Source: Hydrolagus affinis (lineage: Eukaryota). Taken from it: 64,000 nt of DNA. Of the stretch, positions 1 through 12,579 are shown piece by piece (within the stretch, counting starts at the first letter, position 1; each line of letters starts with the position of its first letter). The notes under the pieces are model-generated. The model was not told the origin of the DNA and did not search any database. It worked only from the letters and a program-made list of their open reading frames with translations. The position numbers and the translations under genes were made by a program. Where the stretch lies: assembly GCA_012026655.1 (NCBI GenBank), contig JAAILG010001073.1, positions 1-64,000 of the forward strand, in the 5' to 3' direction.

Positions 1-142
1 GACAGAGGGAGCCCTGGTCACAGGCGGTTAGGATGTCATTTGTGACCTTAATCATCTTCTAGACGTCTCAAAGCGCTTTACAGAATAAACTGTAAAGTGA
101 ATTGACTGAATATTTGTGGGTGTAAACGGAGTAAACGTTGAT

Positions 143-484
143 TATAATAATAATAATCCTTGAATTTGATACAGCGCTTTTCACATCTTATCGACGTCCC
201 AAAGCACTTCACAGAATATACTGTAAAGTGAATTGACTGTATATATTTGTGGGCGAATCGCGGCAGCCAATTGCGCACAGCAGTGTCCCACAAACAGTCG
301 TAGATTGAAATGACCAATTTTATTATTGTGGTTTTTTTGGAGGGATTATTATTAGGCATGCGGAGAAAGGAAACTTGCCCAAGGTTTCGCCCTGACCTGC
401 CTAGATTCGAACACATGTCTCCCCAGCTTGGTCTCCCCAGCTTGCAAGACAAGTGCTCTAACCACTGAGCCACAGGAGCTCCAC
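143..484 (-). mobile_element. Full-length tRNA-derived Deu-domain SINE with L2-like 3' tail and (ATT)n end (family A)
   Basis: The minus strand reads GTGGAGCTCCTGTGGCTCAGTGGTTAGAGCAC (A box), GTTCGAATC (B box), the Deu-like core GTGGGACACTGCTGTGCGCAATTGGCTGCCGCG, and tail GCGCTGTATCAAATTCAAGG(ATT)n. There is an internal tandem duplication of GTCTCCCCAGCTTG. Partial copies flank it at about 45-140 and 488-545. Confidence 0.9.
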
Positions 485-627
485 GATTAAGGAGACTTGC
501 CCAAGGTTTTGCCCTGTCGGGAATCGAACCCTTGATCTTGGAGTGCTAACTGGACTTTGTTTTTTCTGAAACTGTTTGGTCTGAATCTGTTTTAGTCTAA
601 AATTCTTCAAATCAGGTTGCAAAACTT

Positions 628-667
<40 letters not shown>
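628..667. repeat. (AATC)10 microsatellite
   Basis: Perfect tetranucleotide run. Confidence 0.95.
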
Positions 668-669
<2 letters not shown>

Positions 670-1136
670 AAAAATAGTTTTCTGATAGATTTTCTTTTTT
701 TTAAGTTGTATTGCAAAATCGAATACAATTAAACAATAAGTGGAAACTTGTCCAAGTCTGCTATTTTCTTTTTATTCTATTCTGTTTTGTTTTGCAACCC
801 AGTCAGATGTTTTCAGCAAAGCAACGCTCATCTCACAAACCACAACCAAGAAAATATATACAGCATAAACATTTTCACGTTTAAACTGCACATTTTCAAC
901 AAGTAGAAGTAAGACAATTTATAAGTAAACAACAGAAAATTGGTCAATTAGATTATTGTTATCTACTACATTTGACAGCTGAACATGTGGTTTCTGCCAA
1001 TTTTAAGTGTAATTGATACGTTGGATTCAAGTGAGCTACAAAAATTGTTGTGTTCAATGAGACTCTTGGCTTAGTGTTTAGGGCTTTCCCTGCATTATTT
1101 TGTAATTTTTAAACAATCTATTCAATCATTTAACCA

Positions 1137-1205
1137 TCAGCGCTTTGTTTGGGATGTCCTCTCGACGCGAAAGGCGTTAAACAAATTTAATTTGTTGTTG
1201 TTGTT
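1137..1205 (+). mobile_element. L2-type 3' tail only, ending (TTG)n
   Basis: AGCGCTTT..GGGATGTCCTCTCGACGCGAAAGGCGTT..AAATTTAATTTGTTGTTGTTG matches the tails of the L2 copies at 37190 and 57258. Confidence 0.75.
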
Positions 1206-1657
1206 ATCAACCCTATTGTGCCATCTTGCAACTGAAAGGGCTTGAACGCATTCAGCCTATGAGTACAAAGGCCCACAGTGGACAGTGGTTTTATAGAAAC
1301 ACATGTGAACCCTTCGACCCAATCACGTCTGTTCGACCATTAATTCTGCGGCAAATCGTTTTAATTCCCTTTCCCCACATTTACCCGTTATCCCTAAGTC
1401 AGCACGATTTGAGATGTTTCATAATTATGCACCATCACTGGTGTCTCTCAACATTCAGCTCTCTCATAACCATTTATTGGAAGTACTGTAGTAATCTTTG
1501 GTTTTTGGTTAAATTGCAGAATATGTTATATCTAACAGCTGATTTCAGAGTTAAATCTGCAGAAGATAGTCTTGTTCAAACTCCTCACAGCTTTATTTTC
1601 CCCAATCGAGATTCAGGCCTCCTTTACAGTCCTTGTCATTTCGTGAATGGGCGTTGG

Positions 1658-1718
1658 TGGGGAGGGAGGGGGAATGGGGAGGAGGAATGGGGAGGGGGAT
1701 GTGGAAGGGGAAGGGGAG
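1658..1718 (+). repeat. Purine/G-rich tract with G-quadruplex potential
   Basis: At least 8 runs of G3 or longer with short spacers. Confidence 0.7.
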
Positions 1719-1778
1719 TTGATTTCTTGGGATGAATGTTGGTCGGGTTGATCCCTTGGATAGGATAATTGTTTCAGT

Positions 1779-1900
1779 ATAATAATAAAATAATAAACCT
1801 TGCATTTGATATAGAGCCTTATCACGTCATTGAGACATCACAAAGCGCATCACAGAATGTATTGTAATGTAGATTGACTATATATTTTGTGGGCAAAACA
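1779..1900 (-). mobile_element. SINE family A, 3' fragment
   Basis: ATAATAAA..CCTTGCATTTGATATAGAGC..CACAGAATGTATTGTAATGTAGATTGAC..TTTGTGGGC. Confidence 0.85.
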
Positions 1901-2069
1901 TGAGTGCATGTGTGTGCAAGGGGGGCTGGGGAGAGAGTGGGGGTTCAGCAGTTATGCCTGTACCTCATAGGTGAGCATGTGTACATTCCAGCAATGACAT
2001 CATTCTTCAACCCTAAATAACTATGGATGGGACATAACAAAATAAAACACAACTAACCTATTTCAGTTT

Positions 2070-2398
2070 ACAGTCAGAAGAAGCGTTCTTTATTGCTGGT
2101 TCATAATCTGAACAGAAAAAGATGAGGTTTTCTTTAAAATGATTTAGGAGGCAAGTCATTCTGTTGGCAGATCTTAGCGACTTGTACACTATACCTGGAA
2201 ACCTTGAATGTATGGAAATCGAAAGACGAGGCCTGTTATTTGCCACTATTCAAATCTAGGTGCCAGTTTCGTTAAAATGAAAATAATCAATTTTTGAGTT
2301 GTTTTTCTCTTATTTCAAGTTCTTGGTCTCTGCGGGTCGTGCATCCCTTTGACCTCTTCCAGTGAAAGGGAAGCTTGCCTCACGAGTCCATCAAAACT
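2070..2398 (-). other. Candidate terminal exon of an unidentified minus-strand transcript
   Basis: Acceptor TGATTTTTTTTCAG|AG at 2399/2398. Phase-0 frame is open for 27 codons (SFDGLVRQASLSLEEVKGMHDPQRPRT*, stop at 2317-2315). AATAAA at 2094-2089 is followed by GU-rich GGTTAGTTGTGTTTTATTTTGTT. Product not recognised. Confidence 0.35.
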
Positions 2399-3660
2399 CT
2401 GAAAAAAAATCACAAGCACCCCTTTGAATCATTGGCTATTGTGGCCATCAAACAAAGGCTTTTCATCAAAGGTCCTTAATACACGTTTTCTTTCATTCCA
2501 CTGTGAAATAGGCTGGGCAACAATTAATTTCAGTAAGAATTCAGCCTGGATCTATTACTTCCCTCATCCCTATTGCGGTAATGAAAATCTATTTCCTTCT
2601 CTTTTGTGTCCAATATAATTTAATGCCCATTTTATTAATGGCCTGAAATAATTATGGAACCTTTGTGATTCTGAAGTATGTTTCATTTAATTGTGCAATA
2701 AATGTCTAATCTTTTCCTCCATCTAAAGCTATTATGGCATTAAAATTAACAATTATGCAGCAAATGTCTTGGTGAATGCACAGGGGTCCATAGAAATCAC
2801 TTCTGATAACAAGACATATATAAATCATTCATGAGAACAATTTCTGAAAAGAAAAATTATTTGTGTTTTGAATGACATTGAGAAGCACAGCCTAGAATGT
2901 GAGAAGATAGTATTAAAATCATCATCTTTTTCCCTTCTAAATTGTATTATCCAACCTAGCTTTCCTCCCCTTCTTCATTTTAGCACGACAGATATTTTCA
3001 GAATTAATTAACGTGAGCTTAGAAGGTAAAATATCTATTCTTTTTCTTCCTTTTTCGAGGAATAGAACGACTATTACATGCCCGTCATTCAGTAGTGCTA
3101 GTATTTGAAGGCAAGGCGATTAAATAGAGGAAACTGCCTTTTTCGTTTTCTCCTATCTTTCTTGGAATTAATAGCCCTGCTGATAGGAACACAATCGGGT
3201 GAGGGTAAGTTTGTTGTCTCAGCACTTTATTAGACTCAGGTCAGGGTAATGACTTGCTGATGCACACTACACCATGAACAGTCCCCAAAAGAGAAGTCAA
3301 GAATCCTTTAGATTGTGTTCTCATCATAATGTTTATTGTTTCTTCGCTGATTTGTTTTTGTTTAAATTGCCTCTCTTTGCATTCAGTGTGTCACCTCCTT
3401 TCTGTTTGGGTAATTGGCCTCTAATTAAGAGACTTCATTATATCTCAAAGATGAACCAAGGTGGTGAATTCAACGATTCCAAATCAGATGTCAGGGGTTT
3501 GTTATGAAATCATTGGCCTAGGAAAGGAGAGGCACAATCTAGCACATTAAGAGTTTCCCAACAGGGTTGCCAAAGACAGAGTAGCCTGACCTCCTATTCA
3601 TTTTGTAACTGCATGGAGCCTTACTGATAGTTATTTTGCTGTTGAAAACTTGTGTTTTGG

Positions 3661-4124
3661 TCTTCTAAGTACCCCCACTACGACGTCCTTAATTAAGGAT
3701 TCTAGAATTTTCCCTACCACTGATGTCAAACTAACTGGTCTATCATGCCCACCTTCTCTCTCCCACCCTTCTTAAATAGCGGTGTGACGTTTGCGATCTT
3801 CCAATCAATGGGAACCGTTTTAGAATCCAGAGAATTTTGGAAGATCAAACACAAGGCTTCCACTGTCTCATCAGCCACCTCTTTTAAAACCCAAGGATGT
3901 AGACCATCAGGTCCAGGGGATTTGTCATTTTTCAATGCCAACAGTTTCCCTAACACTAATTTTTTGCAGATGGTTAATTTCCCTAATTTGCTCCCTATCA
4001 TTAGCTTCTTGGTTCACCTCTATTTTTGGTAAGATTTCTGTGTCTTCTAACGTGAAGACAGAAGCAAAGTATTTATTTAATGACTCTGCCATATCTTTAT
4101 CACCCATTATAATTTCTCCTGTCT
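3661..4124 (-). mobile_element. CR1-clade LINE ORF2 fragment (region upstream of and start of RT), frameshifted
   Basis: Translates to MAESLNKYFASVFT..KSPGPDGLHPWVLKE..IFQNSLDS..VPIDWKIANVTPLFKKG and, after a shift, RPVSLTSVVGKILESLIKD. These are hallmark CR1 motifs. Confidence 0.93.
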
Positions 4125-4147
4125 GATAGTTGAAGTCTATCTTTGGT

Positions 4148-4212
4148 TAAGCGCTCTGAGACTCCATCCGGTATGGAAAGCGCTATATAAATGGAAGTTG
4201 TTGTTGTTGGTG
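4148..4212 (+). mobile_element. L2-type 3' tail only
   Basis: AAGCGCTCTGAGACTCCATCCGGTATGGAAAGCGCTATATAAATGGAAG(TTG)n. Confidence 0.8.
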
Positions 4213-5224
4213 GTGATGAGTCTCAAGGAGTTTCAGACGAAACTCTCTTAATATACACTTGAATATAAAATATCGATTAAGTTATTTGCAATGCAATCTC
4301 AAGTTAGAAATTTGTTTTGCCATTAAGGGCAACAGCTATTTCAATATCTGCACTTTTAATTGGATTTCCCCAGCAATGTACACTTAGCAACCAGAGATAT
4401 TGCACAAGCCACTTATACAGTATTTGGATGTTGATCACAATAAACTGTGCATAAAAATGTAGGTCTTTTGAACCACATCCATTTCATCGTTCATTCAGCA
4501 ATTCCACTTCAACAGTAATACTAGCCACGTGACCGAATACAGCTTTTACACTGTGTTACACTGATTGAGGAAATTTGAGAATAGATTGACTACAGATAAC
4601 GAGCACTGCTAGACTCACCATCTTTTACGAAGCTGAGATACAAGTGGAGAATGGATTATGGTTATGTATTCTGATGTGTGCTTTGTTGCTTATGAACATT
4701 AATTTAAAACAAAATAATGGCAGCACATCACAAATAAACTAAGTGGAAAATAGACTTTATTTTAAAGAACTCAACTTTTGCTGTTGAGTTACTGCTTCTT
4801 AGTCCAATTTCAGTGGATTTTTCTGAAGTTCAAAATGGTCTTCTTTGATGTTCAAGATGATTTGTAAAGTTTTATTCCTGTAAAATTATTCAATATATGA
4901 TAAGTCAATTAAACAAGCAAAGCGCTGGCCTTACATCTAAAGAGATAATTTGTTCAACTGTTGACCTGGGATAAGAAACAAAAATGAACTTATTGGTCAA
5001 TGTCCGGTTAGTCTGAGGAAGGTATGGAAACAGAAAATGTGCATTCTAGTCCTTAAATGTGAAGTCAGGTGTTGGCAGCCAATTCCTCTCATAACTACAT
5101 TGAATGTATTCTCTATAGGTTCAATATATATAAGGCCATATCAGCAAGAGTTTACAGTTTCTCTGCTTATATAATACAAGCAGGAAGTACATGGACACTG
5201 TGGAAAAGGGTTTCAACCATATTC

Positions 5225-5580
5225 ATGCAAGTGCTTATGAATAATTTTCATTGCTGCATTTTATGCATGCAATCTTCCTCAAGGTATTTTATGACTGCAA
5301 TCTTTATCTGGTGTTTATAAGGGTATTCGCCATCAAGGTGCTTTATGAGTGTGATTCTCATTGAAGTATTTTGTCAATATAATGTTCCCTCAATGTTCTT
5401 TAAGACAGTGTTCAGCTAGTGTTTTATGAGTTTAGACTTGAACCAAGTATTTCTAAAAAGTGATCTTCATTAGAGTGCCTACAAAAGTGATCTTCATCAG
5501 TGTAATCCTTATTGGAGTAGTATAAAAAGATAATCTCCATCACTATGTTTTATGAGTGTGTTTTAGCTGTTTATGATATG
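5225..5580. repeat. Degenerate minisatellite, period about 26-29 bp
   Basis: TTATGA-like ends recur at 5235, 5261, 5289, 5315, 5343, 5371, 5400 and 5424. Approximate consensus GTGTGATCTTCATCAAGGTGTTTTATGA. Confidence 0.7.
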
Positions 5581-6279
5581 TTATTCAACAGCGTTAAAAG
5601 CACAATCATCATGTAAAACCTACACCGGGAAGAGCATACGCTTCAAAAGTTTTGGTGTGGATTGTGATGAACTCATTGTTGTGATATCTTGTTGTAGGCG
5701 AACAGCAATTTTTTTAAATAAAATAAACTTATAATCACCAGATCTCTGCCCACCTTTTGATCACATTGATGCAAGCTCTCAAAGTGACCTCAATCACATT
5801 GGGTGCTGAGATAAAGTCAGAGATCAGAGGCTGTCACTCCAATATAGTTCTGGCACATGATTTGATGGTTCTGCCTTTGATGCCCTTGTTAGTGGTATCA
5901 ATGGTTTGACGAGAAACATTTCCATAAAAATTTGTTTATGGTTTTATTTTGTGCTTATCAATGTTAAGCATGTTAGTTCCTTTTTCATTTACATTGGGAG
6001 CATAGAACTACAGGACACAAGCTTAAGAAATAACATAGTGTCTTCAGAGATCAGAGCAATTTTCTTCCCCACACAGCAAATATGTGGAAAAGACTCCCAA
6101 CAAAAGCATTTCATTGTTTTAAATAATCCTATCAAGGGGCTGTACAAATAATGATTGGAAATACGATTAAAGGTTGCTGGCTTTGGTATGAACTATGATG
6201 ACAAAATACTCCAAAGGACTTGATGGTTTATGTCCTGCTGTAATGGGAGGGGGAAATGATGTATGTGCGGGAATAGCAT

Positions 6280-6475
6280 TGAATAGGGTAGACATGAGGA
6301 TAAATGAATAATTTTGGAGATTTTCTTGGATTCCCTTTGGGATCCAAGGAATATTTATGCAAAACATTCCATCGGGAGATTAAATGGCTATGTGATAAGG
6401 TTAATGATCCATGGAATCAATGGTCTGAACAGGCTGAATGGCCTTTTTATATTCTAGTTTTGTATGTAACTCATA
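6280..6475 (+). mobile_element. Degenerate CR1 3' end
   Basis: GATCCATGGAATCAATGGTCTGAACAGGCTGAATGGCCT resembles the shark CR1/HE1-type 3' tail also seen at 32850. Confidence 0.5.
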
Positions 6476-7152
6476 TGAAATTTGATTCCCAATGTCATCG
6501 CTTTCAACATTAATCTTTTATAAAATTGGGTTTATTTTATTTTCTTCCACAAATGTAACATTTTACATTTTTTTACAAGGTGTACCATTTCTGCCGTCAC
6601 TAATCCCGGTTAGTTAATATGATGAAGTCTTGCTGTTGTCATTGAATAGCTTGCTAGTATTCACAGGTCACTCCTATTAACCTGTGTAAGTATGGATTAG
6701 AGAGATGAAAAAATTGCTCCGGAGAATAGCCGTACGTCTTTGAACCTGAAAGTTCTCTATGCACTGTCTTTACAAGAAAGAAAGAAAGAAAGAAAAGGAA
6801 AGAATGCAAGATAGATCCGTAATTTTTTATTGCAGGAGGACTACAGGGGAAAAAAAACCTGCCCCATTTAATAACCATTTAGTTCTTTCCACTGATAAGA
6901 TATGTTAAGACTGCATATTTCTGATCCTAAATAAGTTTTTTATGGACAGGATCATTTCTGAAATCCTACTAGAACAAAGTCATCCATTACAGTAAGAGTA
7001 AACCCCAGCTAACCGTATCTAGGAATTGTAGCTAACTGGACCCGTACTGAAACTGAATTTATTTTTAAAATATCCTGAGCCCCACACTCGTGGAACAATT
7101 CCAGCTAGTCCCACTCTCCTAACCCACTCAACATCAACACTCCCAACTCACT

Positions 7153-7215
7153 CAACAACAACAAAATTACATTTGTATAACACCCTTTATGTCAGGAGGA
7201 CGTCCTAGGACGCTG
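7153..7215 (-). mobile_element. L2-type 3' tail only
   Basis: (CAA)n AAATTACATTTGTATAACACCCTTTATGTCAGGAGGACGTCCTAGGACGCTG. Confidence 0.75.
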
Positions 7216-10200
7216 AAACTCAATAGCCTCACTGGGCTTGCTGGCCTTCAGCGACCAGACAGGGATTCCCACTTTACTCGACAGAAGATAGTTTATTTGC
7301 TGTCTTCAATTCAAACAATTACAATACCAGAATTGTTATTGTGTATATATTATCATTAATTTACTCTGGAAAGAGTAAAGGTGTTATCAATGGGAACTGG
7401 ATTTGAATTCGGTGTGATGCAGGAGGTCAGAGGGAAGATCTATATTGTTAAAGTAGGTGAGGAGTATCAGTTCCTAGCATGACAATGCCATTTTCATATT
7501 GATAGCCTTGAGCATAACTGTAACGGTAAGAATCCAACACCAATCGGTTGGTTAAACGTACAGAAAAGACAAACAAGCAGATAACAAAAGAGTGAAGAGG
7601 GAAAAAACACAACCCCAAATAACTGGAATGTACCTGAGGAATTCAGGTGCCACTCCACGAATTGATTATAAACTCAAAATTCTCTTTTCGCTCCTTGTGA
7701 ATCACGAGAGGTTTCCGTCTTTCAGAATTTCCAAAGACGATACGTTTTTCGTTCAAATAATTTCAGGCAGATACACTTCTTTTTGAGTCTATGCTGATTG
7801 GGTAAAAAGCATTGAGAAACAGAATATTTTATCCTAAAACAGAATCCATCATTATAGGGAGAATTATTAAAAAAAAAGTTTAAAATAAAGCGGAGGCATT
7901 TTTAAGATTGTTTAACCTTGACTCCAGAGATGAATCATAATTACAAATACAGGTCTCTCATTCTGAATTTAAAAGGCTGTAATTAAACAGAGTCTGAGAC
8001 TTTTATCTCAGGGCCAAAGTTCTCCTCGATAGCATAGAGCTGTTAAAATTGATTGACCTTTTTCAGAACAGCCACAATGCTTCTCCAGAGAGGTGCTGAA
8101 CAAATGTTTAGATGAGAAAAATATTTTTTTTCAGAAGAGAACAAAATGAAAATGTTGACCTCTAAAAGTAATTTGCTTTCTGCTTAACCTGCTCCTTTCT
8201 TATTCAATCTACATTTTCTAACACTAGGAATGCTATTGTGGCAATTATTCATCTTCTTACGTAGCTTTGAGTTAGAATTATTAAAAATACTTTAAAAAAA
8301 TTTCAATATGAATTGTTCGCAAGAACTGTATTTTCGCAAAATAAATTGCAAAATAGATTTAATAGAGAATCAAATGTGAGTAAAAATCTCAGAGTCTCTA
8401 TACCTCAGAGTTTATTTTACTGTTACAATAACTTATCATAAAATAAAACCTATATGTACAAGAAGGGGTCCATCAATACAACCTTGTATTTTTGAACCTT
8501 AAGCTTCTGAGCAATAGTACCTTTTATTTCAGTACTCCGCCCATGTTCCATGTTGAACAAATATTGTATCAAAAAAGAACACTGGCCATTCATTGCCGAT
8601 TCTACTTGTAGACTGTGGTAGAGCCTGTGAGGGTGAGAAAGTTATATTACATCTCCTGGAAGGGGGAGAGCAAGGAAAATACAGAATTGATGTGATAGCC
8701 CCCTCCAATTGCCCAAACTGGTGTATCATTTTATTATGATACATTTTATTGGTGTTCATTGTTCTCCAATGCCTTGCCAGTGTCTAATTTTTGTGTGTTA
8801 TTGTACATATTTGGCAACTGAAGATTTTCTCAGTTGTGCCCTTACCTGCAAGCAATTTTCAACATGGGTCACTGAACAGCAATTAGGAATGCCTGACTAA
8901 ACCAATTTAGTAATAGTCCTTTCAAGCCATTTTCAGGATCATTCATTGAGTCAAAGAAATATCAAAGTGGATATACTCGCACTGTCTCAAATGTCTTTAT
9001 GATTAATACTATTCACTAAAATAATGATCCTTGTGCTGTTTATAGGGAAATGAAAAGGCTGTTCATTTTAGCAAAGGGTCTGTGAATAGACTCAAAATAT
9101 TACTCCAAAAATTGTTTGCACTCCTGACTCACATACAGCCTTTAGTTGGTCTCCAGTCCAAAGAATGTTGTCCAGAATCACATACCTGTACATATAATGG
9201 GCCATTAATGCGCTTAATGTTTGCACTTCATTGGTTCCATTTGCCAGTCTATATCAGTTTGTATTACATTGCAGTCTGTGCATTCACTGTATCATAGAGT
9301 GGTGAAGCCGCACTATTCAGAATAACGGTGTTTATACGACACAGATTTGAAGAAATCTACTATGAGGTAGGTTCAAAACCAGCGTGAGTAGATTGGCTCT
9401 TGATCCAATATAACAACATATTAAATACTATAATTTCTTGTATTCCAAGAATAGTACACCAGTTTATAGCAGCTGTAGCTTTGGTACAAATCTGGTTTGA
9501 CATGTAAACGGGGTATTTTCTGAAACTTTTCAGCCCTCAGTGATTGATGGCTGCTGACATAGTTACCGTGGTTACTTTTTAAACAATATTCAAATCAAGG
9601 TGGAGGGGACAGAAAGCTGACTCGTTCAATGGCAATTGATGCTCCCAGATTTACATCTAATTAATATCCAATTAGGACGAGCATGTTGGCCAAATTCTCA
9701 AAGATCTGCCTTATCGGCTTTTAGCCAAAAGGCCTAAGAAGAATATGAAGACCAATGTTTAGACAAACCGAACCAGTTGCTTTAATGTTAACAAGTTATG
9801 AACAGGATGTGGCTGCTTACAAGGCTCGGGTTAGGAAAAGCAAAATTAATTTTGGAAACTTCAGATCCTATCTGTAAAGATACTCGAAGCAGCTTCAACC
9901 AAAAAGGCTTTTAAGAGATCCTAGGTAAGCCCCCTATTGTGTACATAAAGCAGTTACTCTCACTGAGGTTTTGTCAGGATCCACAATCCCAAATCATCTT
10001 GCTTTAACGACTGTTCTCAACAATGCTGCAACAAACGGAATCATGAGTGAAGGTCTGAGCTACCCTGTGCAGCTGCCAAATGAACGTCAGACACTATTCC
10101 ACAGGAACAATTGTTCTATTAAAATTGTAGATCCAATTACTTTATGAAGCCTTTTCACTTGCTCTATTGGTGCTGGAACAGGCTCACCTCTTAATAGCAT

Positions 10201-11279
10201 TCTGTTGTTTTCTCTTACTGGGGAGCAGGAGAAGCAATGCTGAATATCATCCTCTATGGTGTACATTCTACATTGGCTGTAAATTGAAAGACCTTTAGCA
10301 CCGTGGTAAGTTTGCAGACCAACAGAATATCAACAACATCAACAAATTGCATTTACGTCATCACAAAAAGTCTGCAAAATGTTTTTCATTCACCTTTATT
10401 GATGCCTCTCACCTTGAAGAGGACAAAGGACATCAAAGATCTTGTAACTAATAAATGTATTATGGTAGCAGGATATTATTTTGTTTAGCAAAAATCTGAT
10501 ACTCAATGTGTCTCTTTGCAAAAAACAGCGTTAACAATTTTTTATCAATCCAAATGTTAACTGTGTCTATCAAAACATCACTCCATTCTTCACTTCCATT
10601 TTATTCATTTTATTCACCTTTCCAGTAAATAATGATGATATGTGATAAATATACGACACAAAACTGCATGAGTGAGATTCAACTTGCATTGCTTCTGGAA
10701 GCCAATATTCACAAGATTTTAAACCTTCAAACATTATAATTTGCACAAGGGATCTATTACCTCTCAGAATTTAAAACGCTTTCCATCAGTAATTTGGGCT
10801 GGGGATTTACTTTAATGAATCATTTCCAGTCAGGAAGCTATCGGTCGGTGCATGCATAAATGGCACTTTAAATGATAGCTGGACTTCTTCAATTAACTTG
10901 AGAACAAATAAGTAGAGATGAGTGCAACTTAACACAGATCATACGTTTCGTTCAAAAGGATTAACTTTCGATTTCCAGCTAACTCAGCTCCATTGCCTTC
11001 CAACCAAAGTGACAACTCGCATGAGCACAGATCTGCTTTGACACTGACAGTTCCTGGGTTGGTCATTTTGATTTAAACATGCCCAAACCTCAGTATCAAC
11101 GGCGTTGGGTTATGAAAGGGAGACACTAATCATTGATTACTGTTTCTGATTGTCATCCACTCCTGTATGAGTGAACATCCTGTGATGGTTGAAAAGCTTG
11201 CAACATATCTGCCTCGGCTACTTTGGCAAAGCACCATGAACTATTGTGCCCTGTGGTATATTTGCTTATCTCAATGTAC

Positions 11280-11590
11280 ACCTATCCTTACAGCCTTTAA
11301 TATTGTTCCCATCCAGATACTTAGCCAGTTCTTTTTTTGAAGTAGTTAATCACAAAGCATCAACTGCTTTCCTGGAACTCTGTTTCACATATCCACCAGT
11401 CGAGGAAAAAAAAATCCTGCTAATCTCTAGGCTTGCTCAAGGCTTGTTAAATTTAAACTTCTGCCCTCTGGATGTGCACTCATGGTCCAAGTCAAATAGC
11501 ATGCTTAAATCTGCATATCATAGGCTTTATTTCACCCTTAGCAGTTTGTGCACGTTTTGCTTACTTTACAGAGCCCCAAGCTCTAGCGTG
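11280..11590 (-). mobile_element. Degenerate CR1 ORF2 C-terminus / 3' end
   Basis: The minus strand gives RG(Q)KFKFNKP.A.LEISR.FF..K(A)VDAL..N.FKK.LAKYLDG, the CR1 RT tail pattern. Homologous to 31990-32260. Confidence 0.6.
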
Positions 11591-11739
11591 TACAGATGGG
11601 GGGCACACACATGCTTCATGCTTCAAGTGTGTGCAAAGCATATGGTGATTGTGCCATCCTTTGATGGGCAGAGGCTGACCCATACAGCGGAGTGTTCCAA
11701 TATGAATCTGAAGCATGAATTTCATCTCATGACTGACAT

Positions 11740-11895
11740 AATAGCTCATTTTAAAAATGCACTGCCCAGTCACCTCACATGTCAAGAAGGTCCCAGGTTC
11801 AATCCCAGCCAGTAGTGAGTTAGCTGATATAATGTAAAATACTGTAGGGGGGGCACTGAGCTGGAGAGGGAGGGGGAATAGGAATCAGTTGTGAC
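11740..11895 (+). mobile_element. Ancient tRNA-SINE family B (AmnSINE2-like), 5' part
   Basis: AATGCACTGCCCAG..AAGGTCCCAGGTTCAATCCCAG..GAGTTAGCTGAT..GGAGAGGGAGGGGGAA. Family name is from recall. Confidence 0.5.
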
Positions 11896-12579
11896 TTGAG
11901 CGCTCACGCTTAGAATACAATTTTTACTCATTGTGTTGCCTTCACCCTTGTCCAATGGAAATATTCAGTTCTTTCTTTTCCACGTAAAAGAAGTTTAATT
12001 GACTGAACCCTCTTTCCAAATGGACCACAGAGAGCCTGACTATTATACGGGGGAGAATAGCAATTACAGTCCTTGATCCTGACATCCTGACGCAGCATAC
12101 ACGCACGTCCTGTCTGATTTCATCTGATAGGTTCTGGCTTGAATGGGAGTGGGTTTTAAACTGCTAAACGATATGTGTTGCTGGAGCTGATTTCTATGGC
12201 CAAGGACCAGAGGCCGTTAGGGGTCTTTAAGCTGTGCCTCCAGAAATTAGATTTGGCTGTGGTTCTCTTGAAAGAGCAGGCTATTGTGGAAGAAAACTGA
12301 AGGCGGAAATAATAGGCTGGCAGCACAACTTACACAGTGCATGGAAGGGTAACTCACTTGGCCTACGTCAACTTTCTTTTAAAGGGACAGATCCTCAACA
12401 ATCTTCCCCAGATGACTCTATCGCAATGTGGATTGGAGTAAAATTTAAATGAATCCTACATATTTCAAAATATAATAGCATGTGGTTCGTTATTGAGTCA
12501 ATTGCTTGTCTGTGTTGAGTTAGCTATTCTTAGCAGGGCATCAGTTAAGTGCAAAATTGACCACCCCATCTCCAATGTG

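Noticed and set aside
78-473. Recurrent similar ORFs (also 21292, 41527, 56822, 63151) resembling a small gene family
   Set aside because: They are translations of the same SINE in varying frames with scattered stops.
1226-1735. 169-aa ORF
   Set aside because: Non-ATG start, no domain, and it ends in a G-rich low-complexity tract.
5225-5580. Regularly spaced repeats as a CRISPR array
   Set aside because: Vertebrate context, contiguous degenerate units, no unique spacers and no cas genes.
9133-9185. Minus-strand peptide YVILDNILWTG resembling an O-methyltransferase motif
   Set aside because: Too short, weak acceptor, and no other methyltransferase exons found.
11246-11815. 189-aa ORF, the longest in the track
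   Set aside because: It is antisense to a decayed CR1 3' end and runs into a SINE.
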